Shown in pieces: positions 1 to 7,427 of a stretch of DNA of 28,629 bases. Positions within the stretch are counted from its first letter, which is position 1, and every line of letters starts with the position of its first letter. The notes beneath the pieces were generated by a model. It saw nothing but the letters and a program-made list of their open reading frames with translations. It had not been told where the DNA came from and did no database searches. A program made the translations under genes and the position numbers. The stretch is from Prevotellaceae bacterium (GTDB taxonomy: Bacteria; Bacteroidota; Bacteroidia; Bacteroidales; UBA932). The stretch lies in assembly GCA_031258915.1 (NCBI GenBank), contig JAIRMD010000076.1:1-28629 (forward strand), written 5' to 3'.

Positions 1-239
1 GCCCAGGGAAACAGCAGCACCGTTTCCACATCAAACACCAGATACAGGATGGCGAACAGGTAGTAGCCTACGCGAAATTGCATCCACGTGGCGCCCCGCG
101 TGGGGATGCCGCACTCGTAGGGCTCGCCCTTGTGCGGGCTGGACGACCGCGGCGCGAGCAGCCGCGCCAGCACCAAGGCTATGACTACCAGCGACAGCGC
201 CGTGATGAAAACCACCAAAAATAAAACCGAGTTACTCAT
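1..239 (-). CDS. nuoA: NADH-quinone oxidoreductase subunit A (runs off the left edge of the window)
   Basis: Not in the ORF track. Manual translation from ATG at 239 gives MSNSVLFLVVFITALSLVVIALVLARLLAPRSSSPHKGEPYECGIPTRGATWMQFRVGYYLFAILYLVFDVETVLLFPW, containing the NuoA/ND3 signatures YECG and YLxFDVE. Confidence 0.93.
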   Translation of the reverse strand, partial: MSNSVLFLVVFITALSLVVIALVLARLLAPRSSSPHKGEPYECGIPTRGATWMQFRVGYYLFAILYLVFDVETVLLFPW

Positions 240-304
240 TTAGCATTATGTTGAGTTTTAATTTATTGAACTAATTCAACGGGAGGGGCTCAAAAATCAG
301 AGCG

Positions 305-312
305 CAAATGTA
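305..312 (-). promoter_or_regulatory. Bacteroidota sigma-A -7 box (TACATTTG) for the nuo operon
   Basis: Perfect TAnnTTTG on the minus strand, about 65 nt upstream of the nuoA ATG. Confidence 0.65.
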
Positions 313-482
313 CGACATATTAAGAATACATTCATCACGATTTGTGAAAAAGTTATTTACAAATAGCTAAACTCAACACGGTTTCCCAATCAGTCAATAG
401 CGCTTGGCTAACTTTCTTCGGCCCTATCCGGTCAAAATCTACGGTAATAACCCAAAATGCTCACTAACTGTAGATGCGCATG

Positions 483-1670
483 TCATCGCTTGACGTTCGG
501 CAGGAAGGCTGCCACAACGCCCAGCAGCGGGATGAATGAGCAGAACTTGTAAACGTACGAGAGGCTTTTAACGTCCGCAACGTTGCCCAGCACAGCGGCG
601 GCTACGCCGGCAATGCCGAAGGCAAGCCCAAAAAACAGACCGGATATAAGCCCAATCTTGGTGGGAAGCAGCTCCTGCGCGTAAACAAGTATCGCCGGAA
701 AAGCGGAGGAAAGCACAACGCCAATGGCAACGCTCAGCACGCACGTCCATACAAGGTTGGCGTAGGGCATCATCAGCGAAAAGGGGGCTGTCCCCAAGAT
801 GGAAATCCAGATGACGTACTTCCGCCCGAAGCGGTCGCCGATGGGTCCTCCCAGCAGCGTGCCCACCGCCGAGGCGAAAAGAAACGCAAACAGAAACACC
901 TGCGACTGCTGGGTGGTAATGCCGAACTTTTCTATCAGGTAAAACGTGTAGAAGTTGCTTAGGCTTGCCATATACACGTACTTGGAAAAAATCAGCGCCA
1001 GCAGCAGGGCTATCGAAAAGTAAATCTTCTTTTTAGACAGGCGCACGCGGTGAATGACGGCTTTTTTTACCGTGCCGGAGCGCAGGAGCTGTATTTTTTC
1101 CCTGTACCACTTTACAATGGGGCTTTTTGTCAGCAGCGAAATGACGGCGATGCCTGCAAATACAGCGATGTAGCGCTGCCCGTAGGGGGCAACGATGGCG
1201 GCCGCCAGCAGCGGCCCTATGGAGCCTCCAAAGTTTCCGCCCACCTGAAAAATGGATTGCGCCAGCCCGTGCCGTCCTCCCGATGCAAAGTGCGTCAGCC
1301 GCGAAGCTTCGGGGTGAATGACCGATGAGCCTAACCCAATAAACGCCACAGCGCCCATAACCCAGTACATGGAGCTTGCAAACGCCAGCATCAGTAGGCC
1401 TAACATAGTAGAGGTAGTACCCGCGCTAAGGTACCACGATTTGGGGCGTTTGTCGAAAAAAACGCCGAATATGGGCTGAAATACGGAGGCGCACAGCTGA
1501 TAGACGAGAACTATCAGCCCAATTTGCCCAAAAGTCAAAGACAGGTTATCTTTAATAACCGGGTAAACAGCGGAAACAGTGGATTGAAAGGCGTCGTTGA
1601 AAAGATGCGCCAAGCTCAGGTAGAGCAACATGGAAATAGATGTGCCCGCAGTAGGAGATGAATTTTTCAT
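483..1670 (-). CDS. fsr: MFS transporter, fosmidomycin-resistance (Fsr) family
   Basis: 395 aa with about 12 hydrophobic segments. Motifs HLFNDAFQS, HPEASR, GLAQSIFQVGGNFG and GGPIGDRFGRK are typical of Fsr. Confidence 0.85.
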   Translation of the reverse strand: MKNSSPTAGTSISMLLYLSLAHLFNDAFQSTVSAVYPVIKDNLSLTFGQIGLIVLVYQLCASVFQPIFGVFFDKRPKSWYLSAGTTSTMLGLLMLAFASSMYWVMGAVAFIGLGSSVIHPEASRLTHFASGGRHGLAQSIFQVGGNFGGSIGPLLAAAIVAPYGQRYIAVFAGIAVISLLTKSPIVKWYREKIQLLRSGTVKKAVIHRVRLSKKKIYFSIALLLALIFSKYVYMASLSNFYTFYLIEKFGITTQQSQVFLFAFLFASAVGTLLGGPIGDRFGRKYVIWISILGTAPFSLMMPYANLVWTCVLSVAIGVVLSSAFPAILVYAQELLPTKIGLISGLFFGLAFGIAGVAAAVLGNVADVKSLSYVYKFCSFIPLLGVVAAFLPNVKR

Positions 1671-1677
1671 GCAGCCG

Positions 1678-2445
1678 CTACATGTTAACGCTTTTCAGCT
1701 TGATTTGCATAAGCGCCCGTTTGGTGTCGAGGGTAAAGTCGCCGTTCATCATCCATGCGTAGTAGCTGGGCTCCTTCGCCAGCACATCGGCAACTTTTCG
1801 CCCCTTGTGCTTGCCAAAGTTGATAACTTCGTTACCGTCGGCATCCAGCACTATGCGCCCTGCGTAGTCAACGTTACGGTTTTTTGCCGAAAATTCCGCC
1901 AAAAAAGCCACGTCGTTTTGCAGCTCGGCGTAGCGGTCGAGCTGCGCCCGCAGCACGTCGTAGGTGGCGCGGGTATCGACTTCGGCGTTGTGGGCGTTAG
2001 TCAAATCCTTTTGGCAGTAAAATTTATACGCCGCAGCCAGCGTGCGCTGCTCCATGCGGTGGAATATATTTTGCACATCCACCAAGTGTCGGTTGCGAAA
2101 ATCAACATTCACGCCCGCACGCAGAAACTCCTCAACCAGCAACGGCACATCAAACTTGGTGGAGTTGTAGCCCGCCACATCGCACTTTTCAAGGTAGGCA
2201 GCCAAATCTTTGGCTACCTCCTTGAATGTAGGGCAATCTTTCACATCTTCATTGGTAATACCGTGCACCTTAGCTGCCTCTTCCGAAATGGGGATAGTGG
2301 GGTTGATACGCTGGGTCTTCACATCCTCGCTTCCGTTGGGCATGACTTTGATGATGGAAATTTCAACAATTCTGTCACGCGCAACATCCAGGCCTGTGGT
2401 TTCGAGGTCAAAAATAGCGATGGGATTTTTCAGGTTTAAGTGCAT
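1678..2445 (-). CDS. 3'-5' exonuclease, DEDDh / DNA polymerase III epsilon-like
   Basis: Motifs FDLETTG, GYNSTKFD and AHNAEVD plus a C-terminal INFGKHKG. Lies directly downstream of dnaN, the usual Bacteroidota arrangement. Confidence 0.9.
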   Translation of the reverse strand: MHLNLKNPIAIFDLETTGLDVARDRIVEISIIKVMPNGSEDVKTQRINPTIPISEEAAKVHGITNEDVKDCPTFKEVAKDLAAYLEKCDVAGYNSTKFDVPLLVEEFLRAGVNVDFRNRHLVDVQNIFHRMEQRTLAAAYKFYCQKDLTNAHNAEVDTRATYDVLRAQLDRYAELQNDVAFLAEFSAKNRNVDYAGRIVLDADGNEVINFGKHKGRKVADVLAKEPSYYAWMMNGDFTLDTKRALMQIKLKSVNM

Positions 2446-2462
2446 TGCTCTCCCTGCGCAGC

Positions 2463-3587
2463 CTACGCATTAATCATCATTGGCATGAGCAGCATCAGCG
2501 TTTCCTCCTTTTCGGGGTCTTCGCCTACCGGCAGAATAAGCCCGGCGCGGCTCGAATCGGAGAACTCAAGGCTAACTTCCTGCGTGTGCAAGTTCATCAG
2601 CATTTCTATAAGAAAAGATGATTTAAAGCCGATTTCCAGCTCGTCGCCCTCGTACTGGCAAGCGATGCGCTCTACGCCCGATTGCGAAAAATCGAGGTCT
2701 TGCGCAAGTATTGTTATCTGGTTTTCGGTGAGCTTTATACGAATAAGCCCCGTACCGGCAGGCCCCAGCGGGGCAATACGCTTCACCACCGAGAGGAGCT
2801 CTACCCTGTCTATGCTCACCTTGTTGTGGTTGTCCATAGGAATAACGGTGTTGTACGCCGGAAAAGCGCCTTCTATCAGACGGCACACCAGCCGGTAGCC
2901 CGACAAGCGGAAAGCAGCGTTTTTGCTGTCAAAGGTAACCTCTACCGATTCCTGCTCCTTTGTCAGAATGTTGCGCAGCAGGGCGGCGGGCTTTTTCGGC
3001 AAAATGAAGGAGGTGTTGCTATCCACTTTAACGTCGGGGCGGCGGTAGCGCACCAGCTTGTGGGCGTCGGAGGCCACAAAGGTAGCGCAATCGCCCGTCA
3101 TGTCAAAGTAGATGCCGTTCATCACGGGGCGCAGCTCGTCGGTGGCGGAGGCAAAAATTGTTTGCACAATTCCTTCGTTGAGCGTTGGCGCTGCAAAGTT
3201 GATGGTGGTAGCATTGCTTTCGATTTCGGGTACCTTGGGAAACTCCTGCGGGTCAAAGCCCGGCAGCGTGAGCTTACCCGTTGCCCAGCTGATTTCGATT
3301 TGGAAGGTTTCGGGGTTTACGGTAATGGTCAGGGGCTGCTCGGGAAACTCTTTCAGCGAATCTGCCATCATGCGCGGCACCGCAACGCCTCCCTCTTCCT
3401 GTACGCTGGGAACAGCGAGCTCCGAAATGAGCGTGGTTTCAAGGTCTGACGCCATCATGGTCAGCTTACCATCTTGGAGCTGGAGCAGAATATTATCCAA
3501 AATAGGCAGCGTATTCTTGCTATTCATTACTTTACCCATCAGCTGCAGGTGGTTGAGCAGCTCTGTGCTTGGAACTACAAATTTCAT
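2463..3587 (-). CDS. dnaN: DNA polymerase III beta sliding clamp
   Basis: 374 aa with NTLPIL, ASDLE, ATDELRPVMNG, ASDAHKL, RLIEG and a terminal LLMPM. Confidence 0.97.
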   Translation of the reverse strand: MKFVVPSTELLNHLQLMGKVMNSKNTLPILDNILLQLQDGKLTMMASDLETTLISELAVPSVQEEGGVAVPRMMADSLKEFPEQPLTITVNPETFQIEISWATGKLTLPGFDPQEFPKVPEIESNATTINFAAPTLNEGIVQTIFASATDELRPVMNGIYFDMTGDCATFVASDAHKLVRYRRPDVKVDSNTSFILPKKPAALLRNILTKEQESVEVTFDSKNAAFRLSGYRLVCRLIEGAFPAYNTVIPMDNHNKVSIDRVELLSVVKRIAPLGPAGTGLIRIKLTENQITILAQDLDFSQSGVERIACQYEGDELEIGFKSSFLIEMLMNLHTQEVSLEFSDSSRAGLILPVGEDPEKEETLMLLMPMMINA

Positions 3588-3741
3588 GCTTAAATTAAGG
3601 GATTATTAGGCTTTTCCGCTCTTTATACCAGTGACGGCAACCGGAGCAGGAAAGCGGGTTAAACTTATATCCTCTTTGCCCAACCTGTTATTTTGAAAAA
3701 TTGGATTCTTGAGGTATTTACTTATTTATTCTTGAGGGAGG

Positions 3742-3749
3742 CAAAATTA
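3742..3749 (-). promoter_or_regulatory. -7 box (TAATTTTG) for dnaN-exonuclease-fsr
   Basis: Perfect TAnnTTTG followed by C on the minus strand, about 155 nt upstream of the dnaN ATG. Confidence 0.55.
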
Positions 3750-3788
3750 TAAAATAATCGCATACGCAGAGCACGAAACTTATAAACA

Positions 3789-4778
3789 CTACTTCGTCAA
3801 AAAGAAGTTGACATCTTTTATAAGCAGGTCGAAATCAACCCATAGCGCTATGGCAAGATTGGGGTCGTCGTCCTGCTGAAGGTAGCACCGGTTGAGGTCT
3901 GTCTGGGTTGGGCGTCCAAAGGCGTCGAGCGCGTCGCCCACCGCCATGTAGAGCAGCTTGACGATGCGGGAAGCGCCGCCTCTTCCCTCAATGGTAAAAA
4001 TGTAGGCAGGGTTGGCCAGCATAATGCCGTCGGCATCCTCCTTGCTAAGGCTGGTGGCATACCGCTCAAACTTTACATCCTGGTAGTACGAGAGGTAGCG
4101 GCGCACGCGCTCGTCGTTTAAGTTATCGTATACCCTGCCGCTATACAGCGCCTTTACTTGCGCCTGCCCCAGCGTGTCGATGCTCAGCTTGAACGAGCGT
4201 TCGGGCTTGCTCAAATCCTCTACGCTGATGGCTGCTATTTGCGATGGCAGCATATTTATTACCGTCGTTTTATACCAAAATAGAGGGTTGGCGTCTAACA
4301 GCGAAAAAATATCCAGCGCTTCGTTGCCGCTTACCTCCAGCACGTAGGGTTGTCCGGTGTAAACGGCGCCCACCGCTATGGTGTCTAACATGTGAAGCGA
4401 GTAGCGGCGAATTTTTCCCAGCCAATCCGATACCGTTACGTGCAGCCGTGCGCTGTACGCCTGCCGGTACGCTTCGGTATATTCGACCGGCAGCGGATAT
4501 TTTACTTGTAGCATTTGCAAGGCAAAGAGCGCATCGGCAACCCTTTCCTGCTGCGCTACCCTGTCGCCTTCAATGTGCCAAATGTTGCTGCGCTTGCGCA
4601 AATGCACCTGCTGCGCGCCATCGGAGATGGTAATGCTGCGTACTTTGTTGGCGTCGGCAAAGCCAAAATCGGTAGCGCCGATCAGCAGCGAACGGCCTAA
4701 AATGAGCAGCAGCGCAGCCACCGCCAAAATCAGCCCGAGGACGATAATAATTGACTTGCGATTTGTTGTTTGTTGCAT
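3789..4778 (-). CDS. Membrane-anchored hypothetical protein, probably DUF4340 family
   Basis: 329 aa with a single N-terminal hydrophobic anchor followed by a soluble region. The position upstream of dnaN matches my recollection of gldG-DUF4340-dnaN synteny. Family not confirmed by search. Confidence 0.6.
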   Translation of the reverse strand: MQQTTNRKSIIIVLGLILAVAALLLILGRSLLIGATDFGFADANKVRSITISDGAQQVHLRKRSNIWHIEGDRVAQQERVADALFALQMLQVKYPLPVEYTEAYRQAYSARLHVTVSDWLGKIRRYSLHMLDTIAVGAVYTGQPYVLEVSGNEALDIFSLLDANPLFWYKTTVINMLPSQIAAISVEDLSKPERSFKLSIDTLGQAQVKALYSGRVYDNLNDERVRRYLSYYQDVKFERYATSLSKEDADGIMLANPAYIFTIEGRGGASRIVKLLYMAVGDALDAFGRPTQTDLNRCYLQQDDDPNLAIALWVDFDLLIKDVNFFLTK

Positions 4779-4780
4779 TT

Positions 4781-4831
4781 TTTATACTCAAAAGAATTTT
4801 ATACTCAAAAGAATTTATGTTCAAAAAAAAT
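4781..4831. repeat. 17-bp tandem repeat (TTTATACTCAAAAGAAT x2 plus one degenerate copy)
   Basis: Perfect copies at 4781-4797 and 4798-4814, degenerate copy TTATGTTCAAAAAAAAT at 4815-4831. Abuts the ATG at 4778. Confidence 0.9.
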
Positions 4832-4869
4832 TGGCGGTAACGTAATAAAGCATGCTGTTGTAAAAAAAT

Positions 4870-5120
4870 GGCAATCAGGGATAAATGTGCATCTTTGTGC
4901 ATGAAAATAAAAATCACGCTTCATTGCCCCAACTGCCAGAATACAAAAATAAAAAAAAATGGCAAGAAATCGTGCGGGAAGCAAAATTATCTGCGCAAAA
5001 AAATGTGGACGGCAGCTTATTGACCATGCCTTGCGCTATAAAAGGTTGCCATTCTTTGCGGACGCAAAAGTATTATTGATGCTTGTTCGCGGCACGGTAG
5101 CGTATGCGTTTAAGGGTTAG
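4870..5120 (+). mobile_element. Degenerate IS1-family transposase 5' fragment (InsA-like zinc ribbon) with a possible left end
   Basis: From ATG 4901, joining frames at three A-runs gives MKIKITLHCPNCQNTKIKKNGKKSCGKQNYLRKK/CGRQLIDHALRYK/GCHSLRTQK/VLLMLVRG. This has the CPxC...KNG...G.Q.Y.(C)xxCGRQ zinc ribbon of IS1 InsA-type proteins. GGCAAT at 4870 resembles IS1 termini (GGTAAT). Confidence 0.8.
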
Positions 5121-5200
5121 TATTGAAATAGGTGGGAATGTAACAATACGTAATTCGGCAAGAAAAATGATTGCTCTTGAAATCGAATTACGGAAAGTCA

Positions 5201-6508
5201 TCATAAATTACATATATTTTTTGGAACGAATTTTCTAAACAAATATCGAATGATACCCTTACGCTTTATTAAACTTTTGAATTGCTGCTGATATAAATCC
5301 CAGAAAGTATAAATTGAAGGAAGTAGCTTATAGCCATACGGAATGAAATTTTTGATTTTCCTGTTTAGCTCTGCATATTGTCCCCATTTGATTTTGGCAG
5401 GTTTTCGGCTGGGCTGTAAAGTTCCCAAAAATAATTGACGCCATTCATCAGCTACTTTTTCGAGCGCAAAATGGGAAGAAATGTAATTCATCGTTTCCTG
5501 ATAATTATTATTATCACGATTCAACAAGGTTATGACAGCCCCTGCTAAATCCTTTTCATTCCGGTACAAAATTCCTGCCCCCGAATATACGGTTTCCGCA
5601 TAAGCAGGACATTTTATGGTGGCTATCAAACAGCCGTACGCCTGCATTTCTACCGCCGTATAGCCAAATGTTTCCGATACGCCCGACGGATTGGGAACTC
5701 CCACGCGAGTATGTTGCAATACATCTGCTTTTTCACGTCCCAATATACCCCAAAATTTTACACTCGGCAATATTTTCCCTGTCCCGTCTGTCAGATACGG
5801 CATAAAAGACTGTTCGTAAGCAGACGCTGCAATACCATACCGGCCTAAAGGCGTTTGGCGATTGTATAAATTGCCGGAACCGATTACATTTAAAAATGCA
5901 TCCGGACATGCTTCCAAAATTGTTTTCCATGCTTTTGCCAATACATGAAAACCTTTGGCCCGTATCAGACTGCCGATATAAGTAACATGCATCGGACGCA
6001 TGGAATAGTCCGTCGTCTGGATTTTTTCGGCACAGAACGGATTGTAAATAGCCACCGATTTACGATAAGCCGCATGATCACTATATAAATTTAACTGTTC
6101 ATTGCTTACGCAAACAATGCGATATACCCGTTCTTCCACAGCCAAATAGCGCAACTGTTTCGGTTGAATATAATTCTGTGCCAAAACAACAATTTTCAAC
6201 TCCCTGTGAAAGACGTCAAGGTTGAATGAGTCGCATCGTAAAACCAAAATATCAACTCCATCTTCTTTTACTTTTTGCGCTAAACTATTCCGGTTTTCTA
6301 CTGTTTTGACGCGCATATTTTCAGGCAATATACCTTCCTTATGGGTATAAACCGTAATATTTAAATCCCTATAATTTGTTCCAAGCGAGTATGCCAACAG
6401 AAACATTGCATATTCGGAACCGCCTATACCCGGATTTCCATGCAAAAGATTACGACAGTCAACTTCCGAGATCCCCGGATTGATAATGTAAAAAGCAATG
6501 TGTTTCAT
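5201..6508 (-). CDS. Glycosyltransferase, GT-B fold, family 4-like
   Basis: 435 aa with an N-terminal GIGGSE loop, YIGSLIRAKGFH, and the EX7E motif ETFGYTAVE. Visibly more AT-rich than the flanking genes. Confidence 0.85.
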   Translation of the reverse strand: MKHIAFYIINPGISEVDCRNLLHGNPGIGGSEYAMFLLAYSLGTNYRDLNITVYTHKEGILPENMRVKTVENRNSLAQKVKEDGVDILVLRCDSFNLDVFHRELKIVVLAQNYIQPKQLRYLAVEERVYRIVCVSNEQLNLYSDHAAYRKSVAIYNPFCAEKIQTTDYSMRPMHVTYIGSLIRAKGFHVLAKAWKTILEACPDAFLNVIGSGNLYNRQTPLGRYGIAASAYEQSFMPYLTDGTGKILPSVKFWGILGREKADVLQHTRVGVPNPSGVSETFGYTAVEMQAYGCLIATIKCPAYAETVYSGAGILYRNEKDLAGAVITLLNRDNNNYQETMNYISSHFALEKVADEWRQLFLGTLQPSRKPAKIKWGQYAELNRKIKNFIPYGYKLLPSIYTFWDLYQQQFKSLIKRKGIIRYLFRKFVPKNICNL

Positions 6509-6650
6509 TGTAGCAAATAGCTTATGCCTAATATATTAAGTTGTATAATTTAGTGCGAAGGCAACGAATATTTAATTTAAGTTGCTATTATAAATTATGT
6601 AAACGCAAGCATGGTGAATAGCATAATTTAATAGTAATTTTTCTTTGTAT

Positions 6651-6706
6651 TTTCCGGATTGCGAGCGGTGAATCAATCAGGGAAACCCCATAGCGCAATC
6701 CGGAAA
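6651..6706. repeat. 13-bp perfect inverted repeat enclosing a 30-nt spacer
   Basis: TTTCCGGATTGCG (6651-6663) and CGCAATCCGGAAA (6694-6706). The spacer contains GGGAAACCC. Confidence 0.85.
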
Positions 6707-6735
6707 TTAAAACCGGCGCAGCCCAATGCACCCTA

Positions 6736-6963
6736 TCACTTTCTACATAATTTTTGATACCCTGCCTTCAACAGGATTTCGCAGGTTTTCTCCCTGACAT
6801 CGCCATGGATAATGATTTCGCCGTCTTTAACCGAACCGCCTGCGCCGCATTTTACTTTCAGGAATTTTTCCAGATTTTGCAAGTCTTCGTCTTTGCCGGT
6901 AAATCCGGATATTAAGGTAGCTTTTTTGCCGCCGCTATTGCGCTTGTCCCAAAAAATGCGCAG
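6736..6963 (-). pseudogene. yciH: 5'-truncated translation initiation factor SUI1/YciH (bacterial eIF1 homologue)
   Basis: The minus-strand frame reads LRIFWDKRNSGGKKATLISGFTGKDEDLQNLEKFLKVKCGAGGSVKDGEIIIHGDVREKTCEILLKAGYQKLCRK*, with the SUI1 signature LKxKCGxGGSVKDGEIII(Q/H)GD. It is preceded by an in-frame TAG (6964-6966) and has no ATG. Absent from the ORF track. Confidence 0.85.
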
Positions 6964-7001
6964 CTAAGGGTTAAATTTTAACGGCCTAAAGGTGCAAATA
7001 A

Positions 7002-7020
7002 TTTTTCAAACTTTGAAAAA
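7002..7020. promoter_or_regulatory. Perfect 9-1-9 palindrome TTTTTCAAA-C-TTTGAAAAA
   Basis: Read directly from the sequence. Function unknown. Confidence 0.4.
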
Positions 7021-7032
7021 CAGCAGCACAGG

Positions 7033-7176
7033 TCAATAGTTAAACAATATTAAAACGCTTACTTTCAAAGCAAAAGAGATTGCCGCTACCGTAAAGAACG
7101 CCGTTGCGCGAGGCTTAAACGCCGCCGCTATCAGTATGCAGGCAGCCGCTACCGCCGCACCGGGCGCAAAAAGCAT
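7033..7176 (-). CDS. Small hydrophobic ORF (47 aa, two putative TM helices) or remnant of a longer membrane-protein gene
   Basis: MLFAPGAAVAAACILIAAAFKPRATAFFTVAAISFALKVSVLILFNY*, two hydrophobic stretches separated by KPR. Below the ORF-track size cut-off. Confidence 0.4.
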   Translation of the reverse strand: MLFAPGAAVAAACILIAAAFKPRATAFFTVAAISFALKVSVLILFNY

Positions 7177-7385
7177 AGCTGCAACCGATAATCAAGAAAA
7201 TACAAATTCGCCCTTAGGTTTGTAAATGTATGATAATTAGCGAAGTGCGTTTTTGTATCAACGGAATACAGGCGCCGTCAAAAATCGGGTGTACTTCAAA
7301 TTGTCACAAGCCGGAATGTCAATAATTTCGTGCATTTTCCCCCTGCAAATATGCCAACACGCTTGTAAAGATGAGAATTTTCATG

Positions 7386-7393
7386 TAAGTTTG
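7386..7393 (+). promoter_or_regulatory. -7 box (TAAGTTTG) for polA
   Basis: Perfect TAnnTTTG followed by CA, 35 nt before the polA ATG. Confidence 0.7.
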
Positions 7394-7427
7394 CAGCCAC
7401 ACATAAAAAAAAATATCCTGCTGCTGC

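Noticed and set aside
437-476. ATCTACGG...CTGTAGAT dyad downstream of fsr
   Set aside because: Long loop and no U-tract, so it is too weak to call a terminator.
4885-5079. 64-aa ORF MCIFVHENK...
   Set aside because: It is an off-frame reading of the IS1 stub. Only KGCHSLRTQK belongs to the transposase frame.
6616-6628. 13-mer GAATAGCATAATT shared with 10333-10345
   Set aside because: One AT-rich match between two AT-rich spacers, and the matching inverted arm is absent at 6616. Likely chance.
6964-6966. Possible TAG recoding to rescue yciH
   Set aside because: dnaN, the MFS and cca end in TAG at their expected C-termini, so the standard code applies. The sequence upstream of this TAG also does not resemble the SUI1 N-terminus.
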